From Thermoanaerobaculia bacterium (GTDB lineage: Bacteria; Acidobacteriota; Thermoanaerobaculia; Multivoradales; UBA5704), in NCBI GenBank assembly GCA_044226625.1, contig JBGAGQ010000069.1, forward strand, positions 1 to 33,454: a stretch of 33,454 nt of DNA. The letters run 5' to 3'. Below are positions 8,179-20,196 of this stretch, in pieces (the stretch's first letter is position 1; every line of letters starts with the position of its first letter). Made by a program: the position numbers and the translations under genes. The notes below the pieces were generated by a model. The model made no database searches, was not told the DNA's origin, and worked only from the letters and a program-made list of their open reading frames with translations.

Positions 8179-9604
8179 CGTCTTCGTCCGCTCCGGCGTC
8201 GGCCGCGTCCGCTTCTCCGGCCGGGGCGGCCGGGGCGCCGTCGCGGCGGATGTCGTATTGCTCCAGCTTCTTGTAGAGGTTCGAGCGGGGCGTGTCGATC
8301 GCGACCGCGGTCTGGGTGACGTTCCAACCGTTCTCTTCGAGCTTCTGGACCAGGAACATTCGTTCCGAGAGCTCGCGGAATTCACGCAGCGTCTTCGCGG
8401 CGAGCATCGCACCTGAAAGCTCCGGCCGCGCGCCGCCGGTCGCGGCGACCAGATCGTCGCGGGTGATCAGGTCGCGCGGCGCGAGGATCAGCAGGCGCTC
8501 CACCAGATTCTTGAGCTCGCGGATGTTGCCTTTCCAAGGGAGCGCCTGGAGATGCCCGATCGCGTCGGCCGAGAAGGTTTTCGGCCGGTAGTTGTTCTGC
8601 TCGGCATAGCGGCGGACGAGATAGTCGACCAGGAGCGGGATGTCGTCCAACCTCTCGCGCAGCGGTGGCGTGCGGATCGGGATCACGTTCAGGCGATAGA
8701 ACAGGTCCTCGCGGAATCGGCCGGCGGCGATCTCCGCTTCGAGGTCGCGATGGGTCGCCGCGATCACCCGGACGTCGACGTGGATCGTCCGTTCGGCGCC
8801 GACCGGCTCGACCTCGCCGCTCTGGAGCACGCGGAGGACTTTCGCTTGCGTGCGCGCCGACATGTCGCCGATCTCGTCGAGGAAGATCGTGCCCGAATCG
8901 GCGGCGACGAACTTGCCGAGCTGTTTCCTCACCGCGCCGGTGAAGCTCCCCTTCTCGTGGCCGAACAGCTCGGATTCGATCAACTCTTCCGGGATCGCCG
9001 CGCAGTTGACCTGGACCAGCGTCCGATCGCGCCGCGGCGAATTGCGGTGGAGCGCGCGGGCGACCAGCTCTTTGCCGGTGCCGCTCTCCCCCGTCACCAG
9101 CACGGTCGCCGGGGTCGGGCCCGCCTTTTCGATCGTCTCGCGCAGCCGTTTGATCGCCGGCGAGGCACCGATCAGCTCTTCGGCGGGCCGGCCGTCGCGC
9201 CGGGCCTCGGTCTGCAGGCGATAGGCCTCGATCGCGTTGCGTAACGCGAGCAAAACCCGCTCGCGCTGGAGCGGCTTCTCGAAGAAGTCGTAAGCGCCGC
9301 GGCGCGTCGCTTCGACCGCGGTCGCCACGTCGGCGTGGCCGCTGATCATCAGGACCGGCATGTCGTAGCCGCGCTCGCGGAGGCGCTTGAGCAGCTCCAG
9401 GCCGTCCATCTCCGGCATCTTGATGTCGAGGACCACCGCGTCCGGAAGACGGTCCCCCACCTTGGCGAGCGCCTGGGCACCGCCCCCCGCCTCGTCCACC
9501 CGGTACCCCTCGAACTCGAGGATCATGCGAAGGCTCTCGCGGATCGCCGCTTCGTCGTCGACGATCAGGATCGAAGCCTTCACGCTGGCGTCGTCTCTGG
9601 CCAT
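8171..9604 (-). CDS. Sigma-54-dependent response regulator (REC-AAA+-Fis HTH; NtrC/NtrX family)
   Basis: ILIVDDE, LDIKMP receiver; Walker A GESGTGKE; ESELFGHEKGSFTGA; FLDEIG; FREDLFYRLNV; WKGNIRELKN; HTH ending RSNLYKKL. Confidence 0.95.
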   Translation of the reverse strand: MARDDASVKASILIVDDEAAIRESLRMILEFEGYRVDEAGGGAQALAKVGDRLPDAVVLDIKMPEMDGLELLKRLRERGYDMPVLMISGHADVATAVEATRRGAYDFFEKPLQRERVLLALRNAIEAYRLQTEARRDGRPAEELIGASPAIKRLRETIEKAGPTPATVLVTGESGTGKELVARALHRNSPRRDRTLVQVNCAAIPEELIESELFGHEKGSFTGAVRKQLGKFVAADSGTIFLDEIGDMSARTQAKVLRVLQSGEVEPVGAERTIHVDVRVIAATHRDLEAEIAAGRFREDLFYRLNVIPIRTPPLRERLDDIPLLVDYLVRRYAEQNNYRPKTFSADAIGHLQALPWKGNIRELKNLVERLLILAPRDLITRDDLVAATGGARPELSGAMLAAKTLREFRELSERMFLVQKLEENGWNVTQTAVAIDTPRSNLYKKLEQYDIRRDGAPAAPAGEADAADAGADEDDD

Positions 9605-9610
9605 GGTTCG

Positions 9611-9619
9611 AGCATAACA
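9611..9619 (-). promoter_or_regulatory. Extended -10 (TG-T-TATGCT) 6 nt before the ATG: probable leaderless promoter
   Basis: Minus strand reads TGTTATGCT-cgaacc-ATG; no SD. Confidence 0.6.
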
Positions 9620-9655
9620 AGAAAGGGGCCGGCCCCTTCGCGGGAGGCCGGCCCC
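9616..9655 (-). terminator. Rho-independent terminator of the degP-like gene
   Basis: GGGGCCGGCC...GGCCGGCCCC stem followed by TTTCTTGTT on the minus strand. Confidence 0.75.
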
Positions 9656-9683
9656 GGGTGCTGCACCTGCTAGGAGACTTTCG

Positions 9684-11228
9684 TTACGGCACGCGGATCA
9701 CGGCGAAGAACGGCTGGCCGTCGTCGCTCTGACCGCTGAAGCGCAGGACGTAGAGGCGGATGAACGTGCCCGACTTGGCGCCGGATACGATGCTTTCGAA
9801 CTCCTTGGAGTCCTTCACCGGACGACCGTTCACCTCGGTGATCACATCGCCGGGGCGGACGAACTTCTCGTACAGCGGCGAGGAGGCGCCGACGTCGGTC
9901 ACCCACACCCCCTCCGTCCCCTTCGGGATGCCGTGCTCGTTGCGCAGGCCGGCGGTCAGGTCCTGGTACTGGATGCCGAGCCAGTCGATGCCGCTGCGTC
10001 CTTTCGGCTTCTCCGATTCGGCCTGCTGGTTCTGGGCCGGGCGCTCGCTCAGCTTGACCACCTTGTCGATCTTCTTGCCGTCGCGCAGGACCACCAGGTT
10101 CACCTTGGTATTCGGGCCCTTGTTCGCGACGTAGTCGATGAGGTCGCGGGTCGTCTTGATCTTCCGGCCGTCGACCGTGAGGATCACGTCGCCGTGCTTC
10201 AAGTCGGCCTCGGCCGCCGGGGTGTCCGCTTCGACCCGGCCCACGAGGGCGCCGTCGGTCGAATCGAGCCCGAACGACTGCGCGGTCTCGAAGTTCAAGT
10301 TCTGGATCTGGACTCCCAGGTACCCGCGGATGACCTTGCCCTTGTCGCGCAGCTGCGGCAGGACCTCTTCGAGCGTCGAGACCGGAACGGCGAAGCCGAT
10401 GTTCTCGGCCCCGGCGTTGATCGCGGTCGCGATGCCGATCACCCGGCCGTCCATGTCGACCACCGGACCACCCGAGTTGCCGAAGTTGATCGCGGCGTCG
10501 GTCTGGATGAAGTTCTCGAACGCCGAGTCGGGGTTGATACCGATCGAACGGCCTTTGGCGCTGACCACTCCCGTGGTCACCGTCTTGTCCAGGTTGAGCG
10601 GGTTGCCGATCACCATCACCCAGTCGCCGACGCGGGTCTTGTCGCTGTCGCCCAGCTCGAGATAGCGCAGGCTGCGGCCGGCGTCGATCTTCAACAGCGC
10701 GAGATCGGTCGACGGATCGGCCCCTTTGATCTCGGCGGGATAGTCGCGGTCTCCGAGGTGGACGCGGACGCTGGTGGCGCCTTCGATCACGTGGTTGTTC
10801 GTGACGATCAGGCCGTCGGGCGAGACGACGAAGCCGCTACCGCCGGCATCCTGACGCCGCTCCGGGCCGTCGCCCTGGGGTCCGCGCCGGTTGCGGTCGC
10901 GCGGGCCGTTCGGCCCGGGGAAGAAGAACTCGAACGGATCGATGCCGCCGCCGCGCGGGTTCTCGTCGGAGGCCTTACTGATGGTGGACGCCTGGATCGA
11001 GACCACCGCCGGATCGACCGCTTCGGCAAGGTCGGCGAAGCTCGGCAGAGAATGCGTCGCGGCGATCGCCCCCTCGACCTGCGAGGCGGCGAGCGGCGCA
11101 GCGGCCGACTGGCTCGAGGGGGTCATTTTGAGGCCCCCGGCCAGGACCATGCCGAAGGCCACCGCTCCGACCACGAGCGAGGCGGTGGTGAACTGTCGTA
11201 CGGGGTTACGGGATGGCTGGGCGTTCAT
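9684..11228 (-). CDS. degP: Do/DegQ (HtrA) family serine endoprotease with two PDZ domains
   Basis: GGSGFVV, TNNHV, DLALLK, FIQTDAAINFGNSGGP triad motifs; two PDZ domains (GYLGV, WLGI); N-terminal TM; start MNAQPS chosen because it lies downstream of the sigma-54 promoter. Confidence 0.93.
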   Translation of the reverse strand: MNAQPSRNPVRQFTTASLVVGAVAFGMVLAGGLKMTPSSQSAAAPLAASQVEGAIAATHSLPSFADLAEAVDPAVVSIQASTISKASDENPRGGGIDPFEFFFPGPNGPRDRNRRGPQGDGPERRQDAGGSGFVVSPDGLIVTNNHVIEGATSVRVHLGDRDYPAEIKGADPSTDLALLKIDAGRSLRYLELGDSDKTRVGDWVMVIGNPLNLDKTVTTGVVSAKGRSIGINPDSAFENFIQTDAAINFGNSGGPVVDMDGRVIGIATAINAGAENIGFAVPVSTLEEVLPQLRDKGKVIRGYLGVQIQNLNFETAQSFGLDSTDGALVGRVEADTPAAEADLKHGDVILTVDGRKIKTTRDLIDYVANKGPNTKVNLVVLRDGKKIDKVVKLSERPAQNQQAESEKPKGRSGIDWLGIQYQDLTAGLRNEHGIPKGTEGVWVTDVGASSPLYEKFVRPGDVITEVNGRPVKDSKEFESIVSGAKSGTFIRLYVLRFSGQSDDGQPFFAVIRVP

Positions 11229-11282
11229 GGGGTTCCTTGGGTCTCCTTTCAAAATCCAAAGACCGACTCGCAGCGCTTTGAC

Positions 11283-11298
11283 AGCAAGGCCCTTGCCA
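11283..11298 (-). promoter_or_regulatory. Sigma-54 (-24/-12) promoter of the degP-like gene
   Basis: Minus strand TGGCAAGGGCCTTGCT matches TGGCACGnnnnTTGCW with exact GG-N10-GC spacing, 55 nt upstream of ATG 11228. Confidence 0.75.
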
Positions 11299-11427
11299 AG
11301 TTTCCCCACGGCGCTTTTCTGCCAAATTGGCGCGTATTTTCGATTCCCCTCCGGCTCACCACGAAAGGCCGTTGGAGCCCCGGGAAGCATGCCTTCGACG
11401 GTGGGACGCCGGCCGCGGGCGGCCGGC

Positions 11428-11457
11428 TTGGCGCGGAGTACCCTTCCGTGTTACATT
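11428..11457 (+). promoter_or_regulatory. Sigma-70 promoter of the rimP-nusA-infB operon
   Basis: TTGGCG-N18-TACATT with extended TG, just upstream of the rimP leader. Confidence 0.6.
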
Positions 11458-11487
11458 CCGACAGCCAGCCGGCCCTCGACGAGAGGG

Positions 11488-11520
11488 AAAAGGAGTGGGC
11501 AGCATGCCCACTTTTTTTGT
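11488..11520 (+). promoter_or_regulatory. rimP leader terminator/attenuator hairpin
   Basis: AGTGGGCA-gca-TGCCCACT followed by a T-run, upstream of rimP; matches the widely conserved rimP-leader hairpin. Confidence 0.8.
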
Positions 11521-11567
11521 TGGGGCCAATTTCTTGGAACCGCCCGCTGGACCGAACCGTGAAAGAA

Positions 11568-12221
11568 ATGGAGAACGACCACGAAGCATCGCGCACTCTT
11601 CCGCGACCGACGCGAGGCGGACGGAATCCGAAGGCCGCGACGGGCAGCCCGGGCGGGATCTCCCGCGCCGAGAAGCCTCGAGCGGTTCGCCGCCCCAAAT
11701 CGGAAATCGGGGTCGGGAGCGCGGAGGTCGACGTCCGAACCGATCTCCTGGCCGAGCTGGACGGCATCGCCCGCCAGGCCGGTTGCGAGCTGGTTCACGC
11801 GGAGTGGAAGGGCGGCACGCTCCAGATCCTCATCGACCGGACCGACCGCGAGGGCGGCGTCAGTCATTCGGACTGCGAGGAGGTCTCGAAGCGGACCTCG
11901 GCCCTCTTGGACGTCCTCGATTTCGGCCGGGCTCGTTACGTTCTCGAAGTTTCGTCGCCCGGCCTCGACCGGCAGCTCTATCGCCCAGCCGACTACCGCC
12001 GGTTCGTCGGCAGCAAGGCGCGGGTTACGTACTCGGGTCCGACGGTACGAAAGCGGACCGTCGTGGCGCGGATCGAGGCCTTCTCCGAGCCGGGAACCGA
12101 AGCGGAGCCCACTGCTTCGGATCAATACGGCCAAGTGACTCTCCATGACGAAGCGAGCGGCGAGCGCCTGACGCTCCGGCTCGACCAAATCCAGATGGCA
12201 CGTTTAGAGATCGAACTCTAG
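11568..12221 (+). CDS. rimP: Ribosome maturation factor RimP (start uncertain; N-terminal basic extension)
   Basis: LQILIDR, VSHSDCEEVS, YVLEVSSPGLDRQL, DYRRFVG; directly upstream of nusA. Confidence 0.9.
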   Translation: MENDHEASRTLPRPTRGGRNPKAATGSPGGISRAEKPRAVRRPKSEIGVGSAEVDVRTDLLAELDGIARQAGCELVHAEWKGGTLQILIDRTDREGGVSHSDCEEVSKRTSALLDVLDFGRARYVLEVSSPGLDRQLYRPADYRRFVGSKARVTYSGPTVRKRTVVARIEAFSEPGTEAEPTASDQYGQVTLHDEASGERLTLRLDQIQMARLEIEL

Positions 12222-12232
12222 GAATGACGGCG

Positions 12233-13768
<1,536 letters not shown>

Positions 13769-13922
13769 GCGGGGCGCGCCGCACCTAGAAGCCGGACACG
13801 AAGAGAACTGACGAAGAGCGGGCCGGACGAGTGAGTCGCAACGGCACCTACTAGCGAAGTCGGCGGGACGCGCGGCCCCAACGGCCGGTCGCGGAAGGGG
13901 TTTCAAGGAGTTCGAGGGGATT

Positions 13923-16900
13923 ATGGGAAAGATTCGAGTCCAGGACCTGGCGCGGATGATGAGCATCTCGAACCAGGACCTCGTCTTCAAGATGAAATCG
14001 ATCGGCGTGCGGGTCGAAGGCGATGACGCCCACATCGACTCCGAGACGCTGCAGGCGATCATCCAGGGCAAGAAACTGCCCCACCCCCGCGAGGTGATCC
14101 TGCGAGACGAGCCCGCCGCCGCGGACGCGCAGCGCAAGCGTACCGCCACGCCGGCGCCCGCCCCGACGAACATCCGGCCGCCCGCGAACCCCCTGCGTCC
14201 GGGTCGCCCGCGCACGCTGATCCAGAAGGTCGAGCCGCGGATCCAAACCCTCCCGGCCTCCGAGCGCCCCGAGCGCGCGCTCGCCGAGGCGCACGAGGCG
14301 AGCGAGGCGCTCGCCGCGTCCGCGGCGGGGGCTCCCGCGCCGGCGCACGCCGAGGCCGAAGCCCGGCTCGAGCCGCAGGTCGAGGCGAAGGCCGAGGCGA
14401 CGACGGCCGCTCAGTCCGAGGCGAAACCGGAGGCGCAGGCGGCAGCCGCCGCCGAGCCCAAGGCCGCCACGGAGGCTCCGGCCGAGGCCGCTGCCCCCGC
14501 GGCCGCCCCGCCCGCTCCGCCGACTCCGTCGACGCCGCCGGTTCCCACGGCCCGGCCCTCGTCGCCTCCGCATTCCGGCCCTTCGATGCGCCCACCTTCC
14601 CCCGGCGGTCCGTATCGCCCCGCGGGTGGACCGGGCTCGGGCCGTCCTTCGGGACCGCCGTATCCGCGTCCGGGACAAGGTCGTACCGATCGTCCGCCGA
14701 TGCGTCCCGGGGGACCGGGCGGCCCGTCCGGTGGCCCCGGCTCGATGTCGCAAGGTCGTCCGGTCGGTCCCCGTCCGGTCTCGCCGGGACGGCCGCCGCA
14801 CCTGCCGCCCCCGCGTCCCTCCGGGCCGGGCGGTCCGTCGGCCCCGTACCCGGGTGGCCGCGGGCGGCCGCCGGGCCCTGGAGGTCCTTCCGGTCCGCGC
14901 CCGCCGTTCGGCGGCGGTCCGGGCGGCTCGATGGCGCGCCCGCCCGCGCCCTCGCTCGATCGGCCGACGATCGGTCGTAGCGACCGGCCCGGCGGAGGCG
15001 GCGGCGACCGCGACAAGCGCGGCGTCGGCCCGAACAAGAAACCGAAGAAGGGCGCCCCGACCCGTCCGGCCGCGCCGCAAGCCGACCTCACGGTGTTCAA
15101 GGGTTCGTTGCGCGGGCTGGACGTCGACGAGGATGTCTCCAACCCGAGCGCGCGGCGGCGCCGGCGCGCCCAGCAGCGCGACGCCGACCGCCAGGACGGA
15201 GGCGATCGCGGCAAGCTCCTGACCTTCAAGGGCGCGCCGCCGTCCGGCCCGGTGACAATCTCCGAGGGGATGACGCTGCGCGAGTTCGCCGACAAGCTGG
15301 GCGTCAAGGTCAAGGACCTGATCAAGGCCCTGTTCGACCGCGGCATCCTCGCCAACATCAACTTCGTGGTCGAGCCGCAGCTGGCCCAGTCGCTCGCCGC
15401 CTCGCTCGGCGTCGAGACGACCGTGGTCTCGTTCGAGCAAGAGGTGCAGATGAAGGCCGAGCAGAAGCGGGTGGAGTCCGAGCCCGGCTCCGCCAACGGC
15501 GCGACCGAGCCGCGCGGCCCGGTGGTGACGATCATGGGTCACGTCGACCACGGCAAGACCTCGCTGCTCGACTCGATCCGCTCCTCCAAGGTGGCCGAGG
15601 GCGAGTCGGGCGGCATCACCCAGCACATCGGCGCCTACCACGTCGACGTGCGCGACCGGAAGATCGTCTTCCTCGACACGCCGGGCCACGAGGCGTTCAC
15701 CATGATGCGCTCGCGCGGCGCCAAGGTGACGGACATCGTCGTCCTGGTGGTGGCGGCCGATGACGGCGTGATGCCGCAGACGATCGAGGCGATCGACCAC
15801 GCGCGCGCGGCCAAGGTGCCGATCGTCGTGGCGATCAACAAGATCGACAAGCCGAACGCCAACCCCGACCGGGTCAAGCGCGAGCTCGCCGAGCGCGGGC
15901 TCCAGCCCGAGGAGTGGGGCGGCGACACGGTCATGGTCGGCGTCTCGGCGCTCAAGAAGGAAGGGATCGACGCCCTGCTCGAGATGATCCTGCTCACCGC
16001 AGACCTCCTCGAGCTGCGGGCGAGCCCCGCGCTCCGCGCCCAGGGCGCCGTGCTCGAAGCGCGCAAAGAGGTCGGCCGCGGCATCATCGCGACGGTGCTG
16101 GTCCAGAACGGCACGCTCCGTCCGGGCGATCTCTACGTCACCGGGGCGACCTGGGGACGCGTCCGCTCGATGACCGACGACCGGGGCCAGCGCATCCAGG
16201 TGGCCGGGCCTTCGACGCCGGTCGAGGTCTCCGGCTTCACCGATCTGCCGAACGCGGGCGACCTGTTCCAGGTGGTCGAGGACGAAGTCAAGGCGCGCGG
16301 CATCGCCGAGTACCGCCAGCAGGAGGAGCGCACGCGCGGCCTCCAGCCGGTCCAACGCGCCCTGTCGCTCGAGCAACTGTTCGGCAAGATTCAGGCGGGC
16401 GACGTCAAGGACCTGCCGGTCGTGCTCAAGGCCGACGTCCAGGGCTCGCTCGAGGTATTGCGCGACACGCTCGCGAAAGCGAGCACGGACAAGGTCAAGG
16501 TGCAGGTCATCCTCTCCGGCCTCGGAGCGATCACCACCAACGACGTCCTGCTCGCCGCGGCCTCCAAGGCGATCATCATCGGCTTCAACGTCCGCCCCGA
16601 GCGGACCGCGGCCGACCTCGCCGAGAAGGAAGGGGTGGACGTCCGCCTGCACACGGTGATCTACGAGCTGCTCGACGAGCTCAAGAAGGCGATGGTCGGC
16701 CTGCTCGAGCCCACCTTCCGCGAGGTCTCCGCCGGCCGCGCCGAAGTGCGCGACACCTTCAAGGTGCCGAAGGTCGGCACCATCGCCGGCTGCCACGTGA
16801 TCGAGGGGGCGATTCCGCGCAACGCCTCGATCCGCCTGGTGCGCGACGGCCGCGTGATCTTCGAAGGCAAGATCAGCTCGCTGCGCCGGTTCAAGGACGA

Positions 16901-17018
16901 CGTCTCGGAGGTGCGCGCCGGATTCGACTGCGGCATCGGCATCGAGCGGTTCCAGGACGTCAAGCCGGGCGACGTGATCGAGGCGTACGGACGCGAAGAG
17001 GTGGCGGCGACGCTCTGA
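13923..17018 (+). CDS. infB: Translation initiation factor IF-2
   Basis: [49 protein letters not shown]; long Pro/Gly/Ala-rich N-terminal linker. Confidence 0.98.
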   Translation: MGKIRVQDLARMMSISNQDLVFKMKSIGVRVEGDDAHIDSETLQAIIQGKKLPHPREVILRDEPAAADAQRKRTATPAPAPTNIRPPANPLRPGRPRTLIQKVEPRIQTLPASERPERALAEAHEASEALAASAAGAPAPAHAEAEARLEPQVEAKAEATTAAQSEAKPEAQAAAAAEPKAATEAPAEAAAPAAAPPAPPTPSTPPVPTARPSSPPHSGPSMRPPSPGGPYRPAGGPGSGRPSGPPYPRPGQGRTDRPPMRPGGPGGPSGGPGSMSQGRPVGPRPVSPGRPPHLPPPRPSGPGGPSAPYPGGRGRPPGPGGPSGPRPPFGGGPGGSMARPPAPSLDRPTIGRSDRPGGGGGDRDKRGVGPNKKPKKGAPTRPAAPQADLTVFKGSLRGLDVDEDVSNPSARRRRRAQQRDADRQDGGDRGKLLTFKGAPPSGPVTISEGMTLREFADKLGVKVKDLIKALFDRGILANINFVVEPQLAQSLAASLGVETTVVSFEQEVQMKAEQKRVESEPGSANGATEPRGPVVTIMGHVDHGKTSLLDSIRSSKVAEGESGGITQHIGAYHVDVRDRKIVFLDTPGHEAFTMMRSRGAKVTDIVVLVVAADDGVMPQTIEAIDHARAAKVPIVVAINKIDKPNANPDRVKRELAERGLQPEEWGGDTVMVGVSALKKEGIDALLEMILLTADLLELRASPALRAQGAVLEARKEVGRGIIATVLVQNGTLRPGDLYVTGATWGRVRSMTDDRGQRIQVAGPSTPVEVSGFTDLPNAGDLFQVVEDEVKARGIAEYRQQEERTRGLQPVQRALSLEQLFGKIQAGDVKDLPVVLKADVQGSLEVLRDTLAKASTDKVKVQVILSGLGAITTNDVLLAAASKAIIIGFNVRPERTAADLAEKEGVDVRLHTVIYELLDELKKAMVGLLEPTFREVSAGRAEVRDTFKVPKVGTIAGCHVIEGAIPRNASIRLVRDGRVIFEGKISSLRRFKDDVSEVRAGFDCGIGIERFQDVKPGDVIEAYGREEVAATL

Positions 17019-17124
17019 TCCGGAGCGGCCGCCCCTCCTTCAAGCGACGGGCCCGGAACGAGGCGATTCCGGGGCTCGCCGCGAGGGGCGCGTCGCTCCG
17101 ACCTCGCCGCTCCGGAAGGGTTCC

Positions 17125-17418
17125 ATGGTCGTCGGGATCTGCATCTTCGAGCTCCACTTCCCCACCAGCCGGGGCCTCAAAGAGAAACGGCGGGTGCTCA
17201 AGCCGCTGATCGAACGGATCCATCAGCGCTATCGAGTCTCGATCGCCGAAACCGACCACCAGGATCTGCTGCAGCGGGCCGAGATCTCGCTCGCGATCGT
17301 CGCCCGCAACCACTTGGAGGCGGAGCGGATGCTCGACGAGATCCGTAATCTGATCGACGACGAGGGGGAGGCCTACCTGACGGTATGGAATCCCCAGGTC
17401 CTGGAGGGTTTGAAGTGA
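17125..17418 (+). CDS. DUF503 (YlxP-like) protein
   Basis: MVVG...LKEKRRVLK...VSIAETDHQDLLQRA pattern; conserved position between infB and rbfA. Confidence 0.88.
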   Translation: MVVGICIFELHFPTSRGLKEKRRVLKPLIERIHQRYRVSIAETDHQDLLQRAEISLAIVARNHLEAERMLDEIRNLIDDEGEAYLTVWNPQVLEGLK

Positions 17419-17774
17419 GTCGACGTACCGATCGAATCGGCGATCAGCTGCGCGCCGAGCTCTCCGATCTGTTGCTGCGCGAGGTCAAGGACCCCCGGGT
17501 CAGGCTGGCCTCCGTGCTCGAAGTCGAGGTCAGCGGCGACCTGCGCCACGCCATGGTCCACGTCTCCGTGCTCGGCGAGGACGCCGACCGGCAGGCCGCT
17601 ATCGAGGCGCTCCAGCACGCGCGCGGGTTCCTTCGTTCCGAGATCGCCCGGCGCCTGCGGCATCTCCGAGTTTCTCCCGAGCTTAACTTCAAGCTCGATC
17701 GCGGCGCCGAATACAGCCAGAACATTTCGAACCTCCTGGAGACTCTCCATGTCAACGACGACGAAAGCGCCTGA
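17415..17774 (+). CDS. rbfA: 30S ribosome-binding factor A
   Basis: RTDRIGDQLRAELS, VKDPRV, VSGDLRHA, ARGFLR, PELNFKLD; GTG start overlaps the DUF503 stop (GTGA). Confidence 0.95.
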   Translation: MSRRTDRIGDQLRAELSDLLLREVKDPRVRLASVLEVEVSGDLRHAMVHVSVLGEDADRQAAIEALQHARGFLRSEIARRLRHLRVSPELNFKLDRGAEYSQNISNLLETLHVNDDESA

Positions 17775-18789
17775 AGAGCTGCTGCGCCGGCTGCGGCAAG
17801 GCAACCGCTTTCTGCTGACCAGCCACATGAACCCGGACGGCGACGCGATCGGCTCGGCGCTCGGGCTCGCGCGCATCCTGCGCAAGTTGGGCAAGAGCGC
17901 GGTGGTTTGGCTCCGCGACGCGACGCCGTCGATCTACCGCCCGCTGCCCGGCAGCGAGCGGATCCATACCGGCGCGGAGCCGCCGGCCGGATTTCCTGAC
18001 GTCTTCGACGCGGCGATCGTGCTCGAGTGCCCGAGCCTCGATCGGACCGGCCTCGAGGCGATGCTTCCCGCCGTCGACCTGCTGAACGTCGACCACCATC
18101 TCGGCAACCAGCACTACGGCGCGATCAACTGGGTCGACACCGCGGCGCCAGCCGTGGGCGAGCTGGTCTATCGCCTCGCGCAGGGCCTCCACGTCCAGCT
18201 CGACCCGGAGACGGCGACCTGCCTGTACCTCACCCTGGTGACCGACACCGGCGGCTTCCGTTTCTCGAACGCCACTCCGCAGGCCTTCGAGGCGGCGGCG
18301 GCCCTCGTACGCGAGGGAGCGCACCCCGAGCAGGTCTCCCTTTGGCTCTACGAGAGCCAGCCGCTCGCTTCGATCCGGCTGCTCGGAGAGATGCTCCGTA
18401 CGCTCACGCTCCACGCGGGCGGCCGGATCGCGACCGTCGAGCTCGATCCGGAGATGTTCGCCCGCGCCGAAGCCGGTCCGGGCGACGCCGAAGGGCTGAT
18501 CGACCATCCTCGGTCGATCGCCGGGGTCGACGCGGTCGCGATGATCAAACGGCGCGAGGACGGCTCGGCCAAGGTCTCGCTGCGTAGCCGCGGCAACGTC
18601 GACATCGAGAAGATCGCCCGCCAGCACGGCGGCGGCGGACACAAGAACGCCGCCGGCTTCACGCTCGCGCCGACCGAGGAGACCGAGACGGGCGCCGCCG
18701 ACCCCATGGCGCGAATCCTCTCCGAGATCGAGGCGGCGCTCGCCGCGGGGGATGCCGCGGGAGACTCCGGCGAGGTTGCCCCGGCATGA
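17749..18789 (+). CDS. nrnA: DHH/DHHA1 phosphoesterase, oligoribonuclease/PAP phosphatase NrnA
   Basis: HMNPDGDAIGS, NVDHH, TDTGGF, SLRS, GGGGHKNAAG. Confidence 0.92.
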   Translation: MSTTTKAPEELLRRLRQGNRFLLTSHMNPDGDAIGSALGLARILRKLGKSAVVWLRDATPSIYRPLPGSERIHTGAEPPAGFPDVFDAAIVLECPSLDRTGLEAMLPAVDLLNVDHHLGNQHYGAINWVDTAAPAVGELVYRLAQGLHVQLDPETATCLYLTLVTDTGGFRFSNATPQAFEAAAALVREGAHPEQVSLWLYESQPLASIRLLGEMLRTLTLHAGGRIATVELDPEMFARAEAGPGDAEGLIDHPRSIAGVDAVAMIKRREDGSAKVSLRSRGNVDIEKIARQHGGGGHKNAAGFTLAPTEETETGAADPMARILSEIEAALAAGDAAGDSGEVAPA

Positions 18790-19694
18790 AGGACGGTCTG
18801 CTGCTGATCGACAAGCAGTCCGGCTGCACGTCGCACGACGTCGTCCAGAAAGCGCGGCGCATCCTCAAGGAGAAGAGGATCGGCCACTGTGGCACCCTCG
18901 ATCCGGACGCGACCGGTCTGCTGCTGCTGACCGTGGGGACCGCGACCCGGCTCACCCGTTTCCTGATCCGGGCGCCGAAGGTCTATACCGGGACGATCCG
19001 CTTCGGCGCCGCGACCGACACCTACGACGCGACCGGCCAGGTGACCTCCGAAGGCTCGACCGAAGGCCTGACGCTCCCGGCGGTGATCTCCGCGATGGAG
19101 CGTTTCGTCGGCACGTTCGAGCAGACTACGCCGCCGTACTCGGCCAAGAAGGTCGGCGGGGTCAAGCTCTACGAGTTGGCCCGGCGAGGTGAAGAGGTAC
19201 CGGTCGAGACCAAAGAAGTGACGGTCTTCGAATTCCGACCGACCGGCGAGCTCGTGGACGGCTCGATCGACTTCCGCCTCGCCTGCACCTCGGGGACCTA
19301 CGCCCGCTCGCTTGCCCACGATCTCGGGCAGGCACTCGGCTGCGGCGCCCATCTGTCGGCCCTCCGCCGGGAGAAGATCGGCTCGTTCGAGGTCGGGTCG
19401 GCGTTGACCCTTCCGGCGCTCGCCGATCGGCTCGCGGCGGGCGATGCGGCGCTCGCGGGCGGCTGGGTGCCGTTCGACCAGATCCCCCTGCCGTTCGGCG
19501 CGGTCGTCGCCGACAGCCAGCAGGAGCAGCGGATCCGGCACGGACAGACCGTCCTGGTCCGCGAGCTCGCCGGCGACGAGGGGGATTGGGTCGAGCTGCG
19601 CAACCGCCGACAGCAGCTGGTGGCGGTCGGCACGATCATCGAGCGGATCGGCAGCGCCGGGGCAGGCATCGTTCAGCCGAAGGTCGTCTTCTGA
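18786..19694 (+). CDS. truB: tRNA pseudouridine(55) synthase
   Basis: DKQSGCTSHDVV, GHCGTLDPDATG, PPYSAKK, LYELARRG, GTYARSLAHDLG. Confidence 0.96.
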   Translation: MKDGLLLIDKQSGCTSHDVVQKARRILKEKRIGHCGTLDPDATGLLLLTVGTATRLTRFLIRAPKVYTGTIRFGAATDTYDATGQVTSEGSTEGLTLPAVISAMERFVGTFEQTTPPYSAKKVGGVKLYELARRGEEVPVETKEVTVFEFRPTGELVDGSIDFRLACTSGTYARSLAHDLGQALGCGAHLSALRREKIGSFEVGSALTLPALADRLAAGDAALAGGWVPFDQIPLPFGAVVADSQQEQRIRHGQTVLVRELAGDEGDWVELRNRRQQLVAVGTIIERIGSAGAGIVQPKVVF

Positions 19695-19864
19695 CCGGGG
19701 CCTTCCGGCCGAGGAGCGCCGCGGGACGCCCGGGGCGATGGACCGCCCTCCGGTCCAGCGCCCGCGCCCTATGTCGCCCCGGGAGACAGGGCTACTAAAC
19801 CCAGCCCTCACAAGAGGTTGGGCGGCGAGAGCCGGCGGCTGCGGCCGGCTCGCCCCGTCTTCTG

Positions 19865-19873
19865 TGCTATCAT
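19865..19873 (+). promoter_or_regulatory. Extended -10 promoter (TG-C-TATCAT) of rpsO
   Basis: Motif about 55 nt upstream of the rpsO start. Confidence 0.5.
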
Positions 19874-19926
19874 TCCCCAGAACCGAAAGAGACGATCGCT
19901 AGAAGCGACGCATGGAGGAGTTGGCT

Positions 19927-20196
19927 TTGGCCCAGAATCAGATGACGACGGAACGCATCATCGCGGAGAACCGACTGCATGAGAAGGACAATGGCTCGAC
20001 CGAAGTTCAGGTCGCCCTTCTCACCCATCGGATCACCGACCTGACCGAGCATTTCAGGATCCACAAGAAGGACCACCACGGACGTCGCGGCCTGCTGAAG
20101 ATGGTCGGACGCCGTCGTCGCCTTCTCGATTACCTGAAGTCGCGCGACATCGAGCGGTATCGCAGCACGATCGAGCGCCTCGGCATCCGCAAGTAA
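19927..20196 (+). CDS. rpsO: 30S ribosomal protein S15
   Basis: [38 protein letters not shown]; SD GGAGG 8 nt before TTG 19927 gives the canonical 89 aa (ORF track start is 19912). Confidence 0.96.
   Translation: MAQNQMTTERIIAENRLHEKDNGSTEVQVALLTHRITDLTEHFRIHKKDHHGRRGLLKMVGRRRRLLDYLKSRDIERYRSTIERLGIRK

Noticed and set aside
9933-11567. 762-aa ORF as a giant RimP fusion
   Set aside because: The upstream part is the antisense shadow of degP and crosses the rimP promoter and leader terminator.
19695-19860. REP/MITE or ribF remnant between truB and rpsO
   Set aside because: Only single GC hairpins, no second copy in the window and no RibF-like residues; absence of ribF/ylxR from the operon is common.
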